64,000 bases of DNA from IMG/VR virus record IMGVR_UViG_3300042451_000642; one strand, 5' to 3'. Shown here piece by piece: positions 49,685 to 59,205 of the stretch. Positions within the stretch are counted from its first letter, which is position 1, and each line of letters starts with the position of its first letter. The notes beneath the pieces were generated by a model that searched no databases, was not told the origin of the DNA, and was given only the letters and a program-made list of their open reading frames with translations. The position numbers were made by a program, and so were the translations under genes. This stretch comes from an uncultured virus (IMG/VR IMGVR_UViG_3300042451_000642) (lineage: Duplodnaviria > Heunggongvirae > Uroviricota > Caudoviricetes).

Positions 49685-50170
49685 ATGTCTAAAAAACCAA
49701 CACAATACCCATTGGTGATTAGAGAATTAAGAGACTATATGAACGCCGAAGATTTGATTATTACATTATCATTTGGTAGAAAATGCTTAAGTGAAACACT
49801 TTATGTAAGTGGTGAATGGGAGGGTAAAGATTATTCACTTACCGCAGACATCAATTGGAGAAGTGGGGAACTTAAAACAACCGAAATGGACGTTTTTCAA
49901 TTGGTTAAACTATTGAAAACCAAGAACATTTCGGAGATGAATCATAAAGATTTTAATGGTTTGGAATTAATTGAAACAAGAGACGGAGATACAAGTTTTT
50001 ATGATTTGGAATGGAGTGAACCTTTAACTGAAGAAGAGGAAGAAGTGGCACCAAGTGAATGGGATATGTACAATGACGGAGACATAAACGATGCTTGGTA
50101 CGAATTCGATGGAGGTATCGATAAATTAGAAATAAGAGTTGGTGATTACGCAACCGAAATAACAGAATAA
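49685..50170 (+). CDS. Hypothetical acidic protein
   Basis: 161-aa ORF. Confidence 0.65.
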   Translation: MSKKPTQYPLVIRELRDYMNAEDLIITLSFGRKCLSETLYVSGEWEGKDYSLTADINWRSGELKTTEMDVFQLVKLLKTKNISEMNHKDFNGLELIETRDGDTSFYDLEWSEPLTEEEEEVAPSEWDMYNDGDINDAWYEFDGGIDKLEIRVGDYATEITE

Positions 50171-50171
50171 T

Positions 50172-50345
50172 ATGGATAGATTTCCCAAAGGATTTGCAAG
50201 ATTTTTAAGTTTAATGTCAGCTCTTATTTTAGGATCTTACATTACCCAACAGTTTAAATTTAATCAACCTGTTGAATTTTATAGATATTTTTTAACCTTT
50301 ATGTTTGGTTTGATGTTCTATATTCACGGAAATTCAAAAGATTAA
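50172..50345 (+). CDS. Small membrane protein (57 aa, not in track)
   Basis: MDRFPKGFARFLSLMSALILG...; fills the gap between neighbours. Confidence 0.55.
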   Translation: MDRFPKGFARFLSLMSALILGSYITQQFKFNQPVEFYRYFLTFMFGLMFYIHGNSKD

Positions 50346-50346
50346 T

Positions 50347-50568
50347 ATGAAAAGATATAATTGTTTTTTAATTATCGGTAGTGAATTAAGAGAAGTAACG
50401 GTTCTTGCTGATACGGTACACCCTGATTCTACATGTGCAACTAGATTTCATAAGAAAGTAAATGTAATTGGGGAGTATGGATCACGAGAAACTCATTTTG
50501 AACTTGTGGCTCAGTACCCATCTGATAGATTGGTTATAGAATCGATTGAAGATTTAACCATTGAGTAG
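50347..50568 (+). CDS. Hypothetical protein
   Basis: 73-aa ORF. Confidence 0.55.
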   Translation: MKRYNCFLIIGSELREVTVLADTVHPDSTCATRFHKKVNVIGEYGSRETHFELVAQYPSDRLVIESIEDLTIE

Positions 50569-50579
50569 TATTTATTAAT

Positions 50580-51098
50580 ATGAAAAAGGTTATTTTAACA
50601 GAAGCACAGTTTAGTAAATTGGTTGAACAAACCGTATTTTATGATTTGAGTGAACTACCATCTCATATTGAGTCTATAACGAAAGATGTTATCGAGGGTA
50701 AGAAATCTATGAGTAAACTAATTGGTTTTTTAAAAACAATCAATATTGGTAATATTCTTGAAGAACCTGCAAAGTATTCTAAAATCGTTCAAGATTGTTC
50801 TAAACTACATGAAGTTTATAGAGCAAAAAATAACAAATATTGGGATATTAGAGATTCGTTCGACGAACAGGAATATGAGAATGGTGGACGTTATAGTGAC
50901 GAATTTTACAAATTTGACCACTTAGTAAATGATATAGATAATTTACAAACAGATTTAGATAACTTACATGACATGTATAATGATATTATTGAACCATTTG
51001 TTGAATATGGTAAAGTGTCTGAAAGAATGTCATATTTTGAAAAAGAATATCCACCTGAAACAATTAACATTAAACCAATAGATAACAACCCTGAATAA
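50580..51098 (+). CDS. Protein with MKKVILTEAQ leader
   Basis: TATTTAT 4 nt before the ATG; terminator downstream. Confidence 0.65.
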   Translation: MKKVILTEAQFSKLVEQTVFYDLSELPSHIESITKDVIEGKKSMSKLIGFLKTINIGNILEEPAKYSKIVQDCSKLHEVYRAKNNKYWDIRDSFDEQEYENGGRYSDEFYKFDHLVNDIDNLQTDLDNLHDMYNDIIEPFVEYGKVSERMSYFEKEYPPETINIKPIDNNPE

Positions 51099-51116
51099 AT
51101 TTCAGGGTTTTTTTTT
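51087..51116 (+). terminator. Intrinsic terminator overlapping the next promoter
   Basis: AACCCTGAA-TAAAT-TTCAGGGTT plus T-run. Confidence 0.8.
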
Positions 51117-51145
51117 GGAATATACAAAATATTATTGTATATTTG
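51114..51145 (+). promoter_or_regulatory. Bacteroidota-type promoter
   Basis: TTTG-N20-TATATTTG. Confidence 0.7.
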
Positions 51146-51166
51146 CATGTAAACAAAATATAAAAG

Positions 51167-51640
51167 ATGAACAAACATTTTGAATTTAGTGAAGAAGATT
51201 TTAATGACCCTAAAAAGTTTATGAAAAAATTTAGGGCTATGTTAAAAGATATGAGGGAGGGGTTAAGTGATGATAGAAGAAAAGAATTGGATGATTTTAT
51301 GAAGAAAAGTAGAGTTAAAACTGATATGTTTGAAGTTCGTAATGTTAGAGGTGTGAGGTCGTTTGGTTTATTTGAAGAGGTTATGAATATTACTGAGTTC
51401 ATGATAACAAACGGAATCGAGAGTTTCTTTTCTATTCCAAGAAGACCAGGTAAAACTTATGACGAACACATTGACGCCGTTTATGAACATTACGTTAATG
51501 TTGAGCAGTTAGAATTTGACGAAACATTTATTAGTAACGTTAATTACCTTCTTGAATATTATGTTGAGGATGAACAATACGAAAAATGTGTTTATCTCCA
51601 ATGGTTGAAGGAACAATACACAGAGTACATTTCAAAGTAA
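51167..51640 (+). CDS. Hypothetical protein
   Basis: C-terminal EDEQYEKC..L helix. Confidence 0.65.
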   Translation: MNKHFEFSEEDFNDPKKFMKKFRAMLKDMREGLSDDRRKELDDFMKKSRVKTDMFEVRNVRGVRSFGLFEEVMNITEFMITNGIESFFSIPRRPGKTYDEHIDAVYEHYVNVEQLEFDETFISNVNYLLEYYVEDEQYEKCVYLQWLKEQYTEYISK

Positions 51641-51646
51641 TTTAAA

Positions 51647-51871
51647 ATGGAACAATGTCAAAAAATAAAATTTGGAAAAAAGGAAGTTAAGACGGTCTTA
51701 AACTACATTCGTTTTAAACAAAGTAAACGATGGAGAAAAGAAGTACGATACTACCATTGTTCAGATTGTAACCATTGGCATTTAACATCTTGGGACAATT
51801 ATGATGAAGAACCAATAGACATCCAAATAGATTATTCTAAATGGGAAAAATTATTAAAACAAGAATTATAA
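51647..51871 (+). CDS. Small Zn-ribbon protein
   Basis: RYYHCSDCNHWHLTS. Confidence 0.7.
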   Translation: MEQCQKIKFGKKEVKTVLNYIRFKQSKRWRKEVRYYHCSDCNHWHLTSWDNYDEEPIDIQIDYSKWEKLLKQEL

Positions 51872-51874
51872 AAC

Positions 51875-52057
51875 ATGGAAATTAAAATTAAAATTAAATA
51901 TCATATCGAAGTTGGTGAAGAAATTATTGAGTGTGAAACTTTAGAACAGGCCGAAAAAAAGATGAAGAATTTAAGATCTTCTGAATCTGAATTTTATCTT
52001 TATCGCACAGAATTAAAAGGTAAATCAATTAAAGAAATCTATTTAATCGGTAACTAA
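51875..52057 (+). CDS. Hypothetical protein
   Basis: 60-aa ORF within the operon. Confidence 0.5.
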   Translation: MEIKIKIKYHIEVGEEIIECETLEQAEKKMKNLRSSESEFYLYRTELKGKSIKEIYLIGN

Positions 52058-52062
52058 CTCAT

Positions 52063-52398
52063 ATGATTAAAGCGTTTAAATTTTTTACTGGTAATGAAGA
52101 GGACGAAGATTATCCAATCGAAGATATGGATATCGAAACCTTAGATGATGATAGTCCTTCTTGGTCATGGACATGTATGTTACCATTAGATGGTTACACA
52201 TACGATATTGTCGAAACCCAAAGCAATGGGATACATGAATTCTTAAGTAGATTCCCAAACAGATTTTGTGTTCCTGTGTTATCGATAACCGGACCAAACG
52301 GAAGATTTCATGATACTAACACACAATATGATGATGGTTGGGGATTTGATATCACATCCGATTTACTTACAATAAGATTTTTAAGATTTGAATCTTAG
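52063..52398 (+). CDS. Hypothetical protein (FKFFxG leader)
   Basis: MIKAFKFFTG. Confidence 0.65.
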   Translation: MIKAFKFFTGNEEDEDYPIEDMDIETLDDDSPSWSWTCMLPLDGYTYDIVETQSNGIHEFLSRFPNRFCVPVLSITGPNGRFHDTNTQYDDGWGFDITSDLLTIRFLRFES

Positions 52399-52422
52399 TT
52401 TCTTAAAAATAATAGTAATATT

Positions 52423-52454
52423 TTTGGATATTCAAAATATAATTCGTATATTTG
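52423..52454 (+). promoter_or_regulatory. Bacteroidota-type promoter
   Basis: TTTG-N20-TATATTTG; ATG 4 nt downstream. Confidence 0.7.
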
Positions 52455-52458
52455 TGGT

Positions 52459-52884
52459 ATGAATACATCAATATTGACCTTTTTATTATCAATGTCACCA
52501 TTGGTTATAAAAACTGCAGAAGCTCCAAGTAGATTTAATTATCCGATAAAGATAACTAAATCAATTAGTTATGAGACAGTTACCCTTACAACCTATTCTG
52601 CAAGCGTAGGAGAAACTGACTCAACTCCTCACATAACAGCATCGGGATTTAAGATTGATACTGCTAATCCAAAAAAACACAGAATCATTGCGGTTTCAAG
52701 GGATTTAAAAAAGAAATGGCCGTTTGGTACTAAGGTTAGAATTAAAAGTGCGGGAAAATATAACGGAGTTTATACCGTTAAAGATGTAATGAACAAAAGG
52801 TATAAGAATAGAGTAGATATATTAATTGGTGAGGATGATAGACAAACCACCATGAACAACGTAAGAATTACTAAAATTAAATAA
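52459..52884 (+). CDS. 3D-domain protein
   Basis: TTYS...ETDSTPHITASG, IAVSRD, PFGT, KDVMNKR, VDI. Confidence 0.8.
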   Translation: MNTSILTFLLSMSPLVIKTAEAPSRFNYPIKITKSISYETVTLTTYSASVGETDSTPHITASGFKIDTANPKKHRIIAVSRDLKKKWPFGTKVRIKSAGKYNGVYTVKDVMNKRYKNRVDILIGEDDRQTTMNNVRITKIK

Positions 52885-52885
52885 A

Positions 52886-53332
52886 ATGACTCCTGATTTC
52901 ACAGTTAGACCATCCCAATTAATAAACATTCTTTGGGTATTTATTGGTGGATTTGCAGTATCTGCCGCAGTATCAACAGAATTTTATTGGATTGCACTTG
53001 TTGCACTAATACCAATCTATAAGATTTTAGATTATGCATGTTGGACCTACGATATCTATGACGACCGTATTGTAGAAAGTCGTGGTGTATTTTCTGTTAC
53101 CACAAGAGAAGTGTATTTCCATAGAATTAAATCTGTAATGATGGAAAGACCTTTTTGGATGAGAATTCTTGGTGTTGGTAGTATCATGGTTAGAAGTTCT
53201 GACCAGTTTACCAGTTACTTTGTAATCTATGGTATCGATGACGTTGAGGAATTTGAAGAAGATTTCCAAGATGTTATTCAAGATAAAAGAAAGGAAAATG
53301 GAATGAAAGAACATGAAATATTTCAAATGTAA
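52886..53332 (+). CDS. Membrane protein with bacterial PH domain
   Basis: Two TM helices, then RIVESRGVFS...RIKSV...RILGVGSI. Confidence 0.75.
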   Translation: MTPDFTVRPSQLINILWVFIGGFAVSAAVSTEFYWIALVALIPIYKILDYACWTYDIYDDRIVESRGVFSVTTREVYFHRIKSVMMERPFWMRILGVGSIMVRSSDQFTSYFVIYGIDDVEEFEEDFQDVIQDKRKENGMKEHEIFQM

Positions 53333-53467
53333 AATATAAAACAATTAATATGAACAAGTTAATAATTAAATTTAAAAAAATCCTACAAGAAATATTGTTG
53401 GGGTTTAAAATTGCTGAAGAGAATAAACATAAATCCCAATGGGGTAAGTTTTAAATTAAAAAAATGT

Positions 53468-53809
53468 ATGCGAGAATTTAAATTTTTCAGAGGGTATGAA
53501 ATAAACCCATTTGTTTTTGATGGAGAACAAATAAATAATAATTTAATACAACCATTAACATGGCCAGGAACAACCACTAATACACCAACATGGATTACTA
53601 ATCCAGGTTATATTGTTCCACAACCATATACTATAACAACAACACCAGGTACTGGCACATATACGATTCCATTTAGCGGGACAATCAATACCGCAACAGG
53701 ATTTAGTTTGACGACATCAAATCCAAATGGAACAACATATACCACAACCGGTATGGGTGGAACTTTAACAACATCGGCAAACACATTTTATAATCAAACG
53801 ATTAAGTAA
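53468..53809 (+). CDS. Thr-rich protein (FKFFxG leader)
   Basis: MREFKFFRG followed by T/P/G-rich low complexity. Confidence 0.6.
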   Translation: MREFKFFRGYEINPFVFDGEQINNNLIQPLTWPGTTTNTPTWITNPGYIVPQPYTITTTPGTGTYTIPFSGTINTATGFSLTTSNPNGTTYTTTGMGGTLTTSANTFYNQTIK

Positions 53810-54246
53810 TGATTGAGTTCAAATTTTTAAGGGGTTATGTTGGAACATTAAATGTAATGGATGGAGAAACTTATGCCACCGCATCACTCAATGACGATAC
53901 ACCAGAAGGTCATATGAATAGAAGAATGTTATATCACACAAATCATAATCTTCTTGATAATGTTAGAAGGGAAATACCAAGAGGTCGGTTTGGCACGCCC
54001 GAGAGACATCAAGATATCCTAAGAAGATTACAAATGACTAACGATTCAAGAGATTTAAATGATAACCCTATAAGATTATTCCAAACAACATCAGTAACAA
54101 CAGTTAACCCGAAGTGGTGGATGAAGATAAAGATGTTTTTTCAAGAGGCTAATTTTAATGGTGAAATCTTAGGTATTATTTTTATTGCTGGTTCATTAAC
54201 TATTGGTGTAATTCTCGGAATTGCTAAATTATTAAATGCATGGTAA
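53809..54246 (+). CDS. C-terminally anchored membrane protein (FKFLxG leader)
   Basis: MIEFKFLRG; C-terminal TM helix. Confidence 0.6.
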   Translation: MIEFKFLRGYVGTLNVMDGETYATASLNDDTPEGHMNRRMLYHTNHNLLDNVRREIPRGRFGTPERHQDILRRLQMTNDSRDLNDNPIRLFQTTSVTTVNPKWWMKIKMFFQEANFNGEILGIIFIAGSLTIGVILGIAKLLNAW

Positions 54247-54464
54247 GCGAGTTTAAGTTCTTTCAGAAGAACAAGTATAAAGATAGATGTCGATTACAGA
54301 TTGGTTCCTCATTTATTTTACGTGGATATTATTGTACCGTAACAAGAATGTTTGCAAACCATTTTGAATATTGGGTACAAGAAACGGAATTTACCATTGC
54401 TATGAGTTATAAAGATTATCTAGCCACACCATCGGCTGCAGGTAGACAATTAAATAGTATATGA
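54240..54464 (+). CDS. Hypothetical protein (FKFF leader)
   Basis: MVSEFKFFQK. Confidence 0.6.
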   Translation: MVSEFKFFQKNKYKDRCRLQIGSSFILRGYYCTVTRMFANHFEYWVQETEFTIAMSYKDYLATPSAAGRQLNSI

Positions 54465-54955
54465 TAAAACCTTTTAAACTACTTAAAGGATACACATATA
54501 GTGATGAGTATACATTACCAACACAACAAAATCCACCATTCAATTTATCACATCGTCATTGGAATTTGTTACCTCAAGATTTGAGAGGTGCGACATTACA
54601 AGAAATGGAATGTTATATTCGTGGATGGGAAGATGCTCGTAGTAATGTTGCTGTAAATCCATATATTGATAGAATAAGACGTAGTTTGTGGAATAGGGGG
54701 TTTCTAAGGTGGAGGGGTAGAGTAGGAATGAATTATCGTAATGTAAATCCTAACCTACCAATAGACGAAAGTTACCCTGAATATTATAACACAGATGATT
54801 TTGTCTTCTCTGACGTGTCCTCAATTATGTTTGATCCAGTTAGTTCTCAACCATACAAACATATGATGTTTAGACATATTGAGGATGGAGATACGGTGGA
54901 AGGTAATAGAATATTTCCCGACCACCCAATGTGGAACTTCCCTGATATAATATAA
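54461..54955 (+). CDS. Hypothetical protein (FKLLxG leader)
   Basis: MIKPFKLLKG. Confidence 0.6.
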   Translation: MIKPFKLLKGYTYSDEYTLPTQQNPPFNLSHRHWNLLPQDLRGATLQEMECYIRGWEDARSNVAVNPYIDRIRRSLWNRGFLRWRGRVGMNYRNVNPNLPIDESYPEYYNTDDFVFSDVSSIMFDPVSSQPYKHMMFRHIEDGDTVEGNRIFPDHPMWNFPDII

Positions 54956-55013
54956 ATGACAAAGTCGGAAGTAAAAACGTGACAATCTCGGAAGTTAAAG
55001 ATAATTATTATTT

Positions 55014-55202
55014 ATGAGAGAAAGAATTATAGGACCTTATTTGGTTCAACAACAAATTGTATTAGATCCTGAGGGAGAAGTCATTTTTTATAAAATTGAC
55101 TCACCATTATTTAATGGGGTAAAATTAACGGTTATGTCTGAAAGTGATTTAACTGAGGAAGTAATTGAACAACACTTACGGGTTCTGAATATAATGGTTT
55201 GA
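55014..55202 (+). CDS. Hypothetical protein
   Basis: 62-aa ORF. Confidence 0.5.
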   Translation: MRERIIGPYLVQQQIVLDPEGEVIFYKIDSPLFNGVKLTVMSESDLTEEVIEQHLRVLNIMV

Positions 55203-55247
55203 TAATCAAAGTTATGGTTAAAGAGAACTATATATTAAAAATTCAAT

Positions 55248-55925
55248 ATGAAAATTCTTTTAATTGCAAAAGGTAGATGTGGATCACATTCATTAATGGA
55301 TTGGTTAAGTAATGATTTTAATTTGGTAAAAATATATGAAAATGGGGATGTAGATACTTCAATCTTAAATGACTATATTCTTAAAAGACATCCGTCATTA
55401 GATTTGATTACTGATGGATATGATTATGTTATAAGATTAATTAGAGAAAATACGATACTAACTTCTGAAAGTAATGTGTGGGCACAAGAAAAACAAAAAT
55501 ATCATCCGGTTGACAACGAGAAATATATTATAGATGAGGACTTTTTAATAAATAACCATGAAGAAATATGGAATAAAAAAATAGGATATGATGAGTTCAA
55601 TAATATGATAACTAATATTAATGCGGGTCTATTGGTTACATATGAAGAAATCTTTATACATGGAACAGGTCAGGAAAAGATAGAGAACTATATGGGATTT
55701 AAATCTAATTCAAAATTAAACACTGACGATAAAAAAGGTAGATTACATGTAATGGATAAAACATTACACACCACATATGATATTGAATACAAAAAATTCA
55801 CTGATAAGTTAAAAGAAATGGAAAATTTTATTAAAATTAGAAATTTAACGATTGATAAATTAATAAAAGAAAAAGACAAGGTGATTAAAGATTTAGTCTC
55901 TTATATACCAAAAAAAATGATTTAG
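55248..55925 (+). CDS. Sulfotransferase-like P-loop protein, paralogue A
   Basis: IAKGRCGSHSL (PAPS-loop-like), LIREN, VTYEE. Confidence 0.55.
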   Translation: MKILLIAKGRCGSHSLMDWLSNDFNLVKIYENGDVDTSILNDYILKRHPSLDLITDGYDYVIRLIRENTILTSESNVWAQEKQKYHPVDNEKYIIDEDFLINNHEEIWNKKIGYDEFNNMITNINAGLLVTYEEIFIHGTGQEKIENYMGFKSNSKLNTDDKKGRLHVMDKTLHTTYDIEYKKFTDKLKEMENFIKIRNLTIDKLIKEKDKVIKDLVSYIPKKMI

Positions 55926-55989
55926 ATAATTGGGACAATGTTAAGAAATTATTAACGTCCGTCCCGGTTTCGGAGAACTATTTATGAGG

Positions 55990-56673
55990 ATGAAAATACA
56001 AGCATTATTTATCTCAGATGTTCATCTGGGTTCAAAAGGTTCCAACGCAAATGAGGTCCTAAACATTCTCAAACAATACCAACCCGAATATCTATTCTTA
56101 GTTGGGGATATAATTGACGGATGGTTACTGAAAAGGAAGTTCCGTTGGCCCCAATCACATACCAATGTGTTAAGAAAGATATTATCACATTCAAAGAATG
56201 GGACAAAGGTAATATACATACCGGGGAATCATGATGAATTTCTAAGGGAATATGGTGAATTTTCTTTTGGAAACATTGAAATTCATAATGAGTATATATG
56301 GAAAAATACTTTTATTACTCATGGTGATTTTTATGATGGTGTGGTTAAATTAAAATGGTTAGGTGTTCTTGGTTCAATTGGATATGATATGGCAATATCA
56401 ATTGATAGAAGACTTAAGAAATTGGGGATGAAGAGATCATTATCCAAGTTTTTAAAGGATAAAGTTAAAGAGGCGGTGAAGTTTATAACACAATATGAGG
56501 TGGAGTTAACCAGACAAGCCAAGAAACATCGATGCACAACCGTGATATCTGGACACATTCATCATCCTGAGGATAGAATGATTGATGGTATAAGATACAT
56601 GAACTGCGGGGATTGGATTGAAAACAATAGTTATATAATATACAACAACGATGAATATAAGGTCATTAAATAA
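55990..56673 (+). CDS. LpxH/PlcP-like metallophosphoesterase
   Basis: SDVHLG, GDIIDGW, PGNHD, HGD, GHIH, NCGDWIE. Confidence 0.85.
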   Translation: MKIQALFISDVHLGSKGSNANEVLNILKQYQPEYLFLVGDIIDGWLLKRKFRWPQSHTNVLRKILSHSKNGTKVIYIPGNHDEFLREYGEFSFGNIEIHNEYIWKNTFITHGDFYDGVVKLKWLGVLGSIGYDMAISIDRRLKKLGMKRSLSKFLKDKVKEAVKFITQYEVELTRQAKKHRCTTVISGHIHHPEDRMIDGIRYMNCGDWIENNSYIIYNNDEYKVIK

Positions 56674-57367
56674 GAGATTAACAATAGTAATCCCGTCAAA
56701 GAACGAGGGAGTAATCTTATACAATTGCATTCAGTACATATCAAGACAAAACCATATCGATGGGGTAAGAGTAATCATTGCTGATGTATCAGATGATAAT
56801 GACTCCATACTATGGATTAAGAAAGCGCAATTAGAGTTCAAACACTTATTAAAGATTACGGTAATCAAAGGGGGATATCCGGCAGAAGGAAGATTAAATG
56901 GAAGTATGTTGGTAACGACTCCGTATATGTTATTCTTGGATGCGGACATTTTATTAACCAATCCAAAGATTATTGAGGAGTGTTTATCTCATAAGAAGGA
57001 TTTGGTAACGGTACCATTCCACACAGATTATCCTTATAGATGGGTGTTCAGGGTATTTGATACCTTACAATCAATATCTACTTTAATCGGTTCACCATTT
57101 GCCATAGGGGGATTTCAACTATGGAAGACGGAATCCTATTGGGAAGTTGGGGGATATAACCCACAAGAACTATTCGCCGAGGATTATTCAATATCACAGA
57201 AGGTAAAATCGAATAACTTTAAGGTGGTAAACATAGAAGGAACATATACGTCATCCAGAAGATTTAAATCTAAAGGGGTATTATGGATGTTCAAGATAAT
57301 GATTAAGAGTTACATAAACAGAAAGAACCCTGAGTTCTTCAAACATCATCATAACTATTGGAATTAA
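56651..57367 (+). CDS. Glycosyltransferase family 2
   Basis: IVIPSKNE, FLDAD, GGY..FAED, TSSRRF. Confidence 0.85.
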   Translation: MNIRSLNKRLTIVIPSKNEGVILYNCIQYISRQNHIDGVRVIIADVSDDNDSILWIKKAQLEFKHLLKITVIKGGYPAEGRLNGSMLVTTPYMLFLDADILLTNPKIIEECLSHKKDLVTVPFHTDYPYRWVFRVFDTLQSISTLIGSPFAIGGFQLWKTESYWEVGGYNPQELFAEDYSISQKVKSNNFKVVNIEGTYTSSRRFKSKGVLWMFKIMIKSYINRKNPEFFKHHHNYWN

Positions 57368-57474
57368 TATGGGAACAATATTTCCGGTCATAATATCATT
57401 TACAATTGTAATAGGATTGACTATATTTTTAATGATAATTGACTACATCACAAAAAAAAGATAAAAAAAATTAT

Positions 57475-58212
57475 ATGAAAATTTTAGTAATTGCAAGGGG
57501 AAGATGTGGTTCACATTCATTAATAGATTGGTTAGGAGAGGAATTTGACTTAAAAACCATCTACGAAAATGAAGATACGGACACTTCCAATCTTAAAAAC
57601 TATTGTATTAAAAGATTTCCGACACCAGATTTAGTCACTGAGGGATACGATTACATTATAAGATTGATTAGGGAAAATACAATACTAACCGCTGAGAGTG
57701 ATGTGTGGGCACGAGAAAAACAAAAATATCACCCGATGGGTCGGGAAAAATATATCATAGATGAATCCTTTTTGAGAAAAAATCACAATGAAATATGGAA
57801 TAAAAAAATTGGTTACGATGAATCCAATGATTTAATAACGAATATGCCTGTGGGTATATTAGTTACTTATGAAGAATTATTTTTACGTGGAACGGGTCAG
57901 GAAAAGATAGAGAAGTATATAGGTTTTAAATCTATCACAAAATTAGATACCGACCTTAAGAAAGGTAGATTTCACATAATGGATAAAACGGCATTTATCA
58001 CATATGATTTAGCATATAATAAAACCACCATTTTAGAAAAAATTGTTAAAGAAAAAGATTTAATTATTGATAATCTAAACGAAAAGATTAAAAATTTGTC
58101 AAATCCTCAAGAAATATCTAAAGAAAAAGATTTAATTATTGATAATCTAAACGAAAAGATTAAAAATCTTAACGAAACAATTGTAGATTTGGTATCATCA
58201 AAAAAGAGATAA
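57475..58212 (+). CDS. Sulfotransferase-like P-loop protein, paralogue B
   Basis: Aligns along most of its length with 55248..55925; start placed at MKILVIARGRCGS. Confidence 0.55.
   Translation: MKILVIARGRCGSHSLIDWLGEEFDLKTIYENEDTDTSNLKNYCIKRFPTPDLVTEGYDYIIRLIRENTILTAESDVWAREKQKYHPMGREKYIIDESFLRKNHNEIWNKKIGYDESNDLITNMPVGILVTYEELFLRGTGQEKIEKYIGFKSITKLDTDLKKGRFHIMDKTAFITYDLAYNKTTILEKIVKEKDLIIDNLNEKIKNLSNPQEISKEKDLIIDNLNEKIKNLNETIVDLVSSKKR
58047..58167 (+). repeat. 49-nt exact direct repeat, period 72 nt, in frame
   Basis: 58047-58095 equals 58119-58167 (KEKDLIIDNLNEKIKN twice). Confidence 0.9.
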
Positions 58213-58535
58213 TGATTAAAAGAAAGAAACCCTTTGCAAAGATTGTAAAGGAATGGAATGAGGCATCCACCATGGAAGTATGGGAAGGTGTAAGGGATAA
58301 CTTTATATTTGGATTCCTTGGTGCAACGATTGTTGTATTCATTGCCACCCGAGCGGACCTTATGGTTCTATTCGGGTATCTGACTTACTACTTTTTCATG
58401 GGAAGGATTGTTAATAGACCCAAATACGTTACAGACTTAGGTAAACTAATTGTATTCCCCATCCCATCAGCTTTGGGAGCCTTTGCTGGGTATAAGTTCT
58501 CATATATTATTCAAGAGTTAATCCAACGTGTATGA
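58212..58535 (+). CDS. Membrane protein
   Basis: Three hydrophobic segments. Confidence 0.65.
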   Translation: MIKRKKPFAKIVKEWNEASTMEVWEGVRDNFIFGFLGATIVVFIATRADLMVLFGYLTYYFFMGRIVNRPKYVTDLGKLIVFPIPSALGAFAGYKFSYIIQELIQRV

Positions 58536-59113
58536 AGATATGTATAATATCATCCATAGGTAGATCTGGAACAACCTCACTATTTGATATGATGAGTTTG
58601 TGTCTACCAAGATACTACACATGTTTAAATGAACCATTCGGTCGATTTCAAAAAGGGCATGAGATGAATCTTATTGAAAACGCCCCCAATGTTCTTGTAA
58701 AGGAGTTATTAAATAATACGGTTAACCATAAGGTTTTCCCATATGATTGGATGTACCAGACCTTTGATAAGGTTATTGTGATGGATAGAAGGAATAAGTG
58801 GGAACAGGCGGAGAGTCACGCAGCACATTCATATAAAGGGGATAACTATAAAAGTTGGCACAATAGAAGGGAATACGACTTAACAAACATACCCACGGAG
58901 TATATTAAGGCATTAGCAGACCAATCGGAGGATTTAATGCAATATCATAGGGGTATGATTTACTATTACGAGGATGTGTTTATGGAACATAACTTGGATT
59001 TGTTGATGGAGATTATGAATTCCGTGGGAATAACAGAGATACCCAATCAAATACTAAAGGATTATTTCTATAGTCCCAAGAAGAAGGTAAGGATAGTAAA
59101 GACCCTAATTTAA
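58532..59113 (+). CDS. Sulfotransferase-like protein
   Basis: SIGRSGTTSL, NEPF, DRRN..EQAES, YYED. Confidence 0.6.
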   Translation: MKICIISSIGRSGTTSLFDMMSLCLPRYYTCLNEPFGRFQKGHEMNLIENAPNVLVKELLNNTVNHKVFPYDWMYQTFDKVIVMDRRNKWEQAESHAAHSYKGDNYKSWHNRREYDLTNIPTEYIKALADQSEDLMQYHRGMIYYYEDVFMEHNLDLLMEIMNSVGITEIPNQILKDYFYSPKKKVRIVKTLI

Positions 59114-59169
59114 GAGTGTCCAATTTAAAATATAACTGCGAACGGGGATTCCGGAGAACAGAAAATATA

Positions 59170-59201
59170 TTTGGAATATACTAGAATATCTTATATCTTT
59201 G
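59170..59201 (+). promoter_or_regulatory. Bacteroidota-type promoter
   Basis: TTTG-N20-TATCTTTG; ATG 4 nt downstream. Confidence 0.7.
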
Positions 59202-59205
59202 TGGT

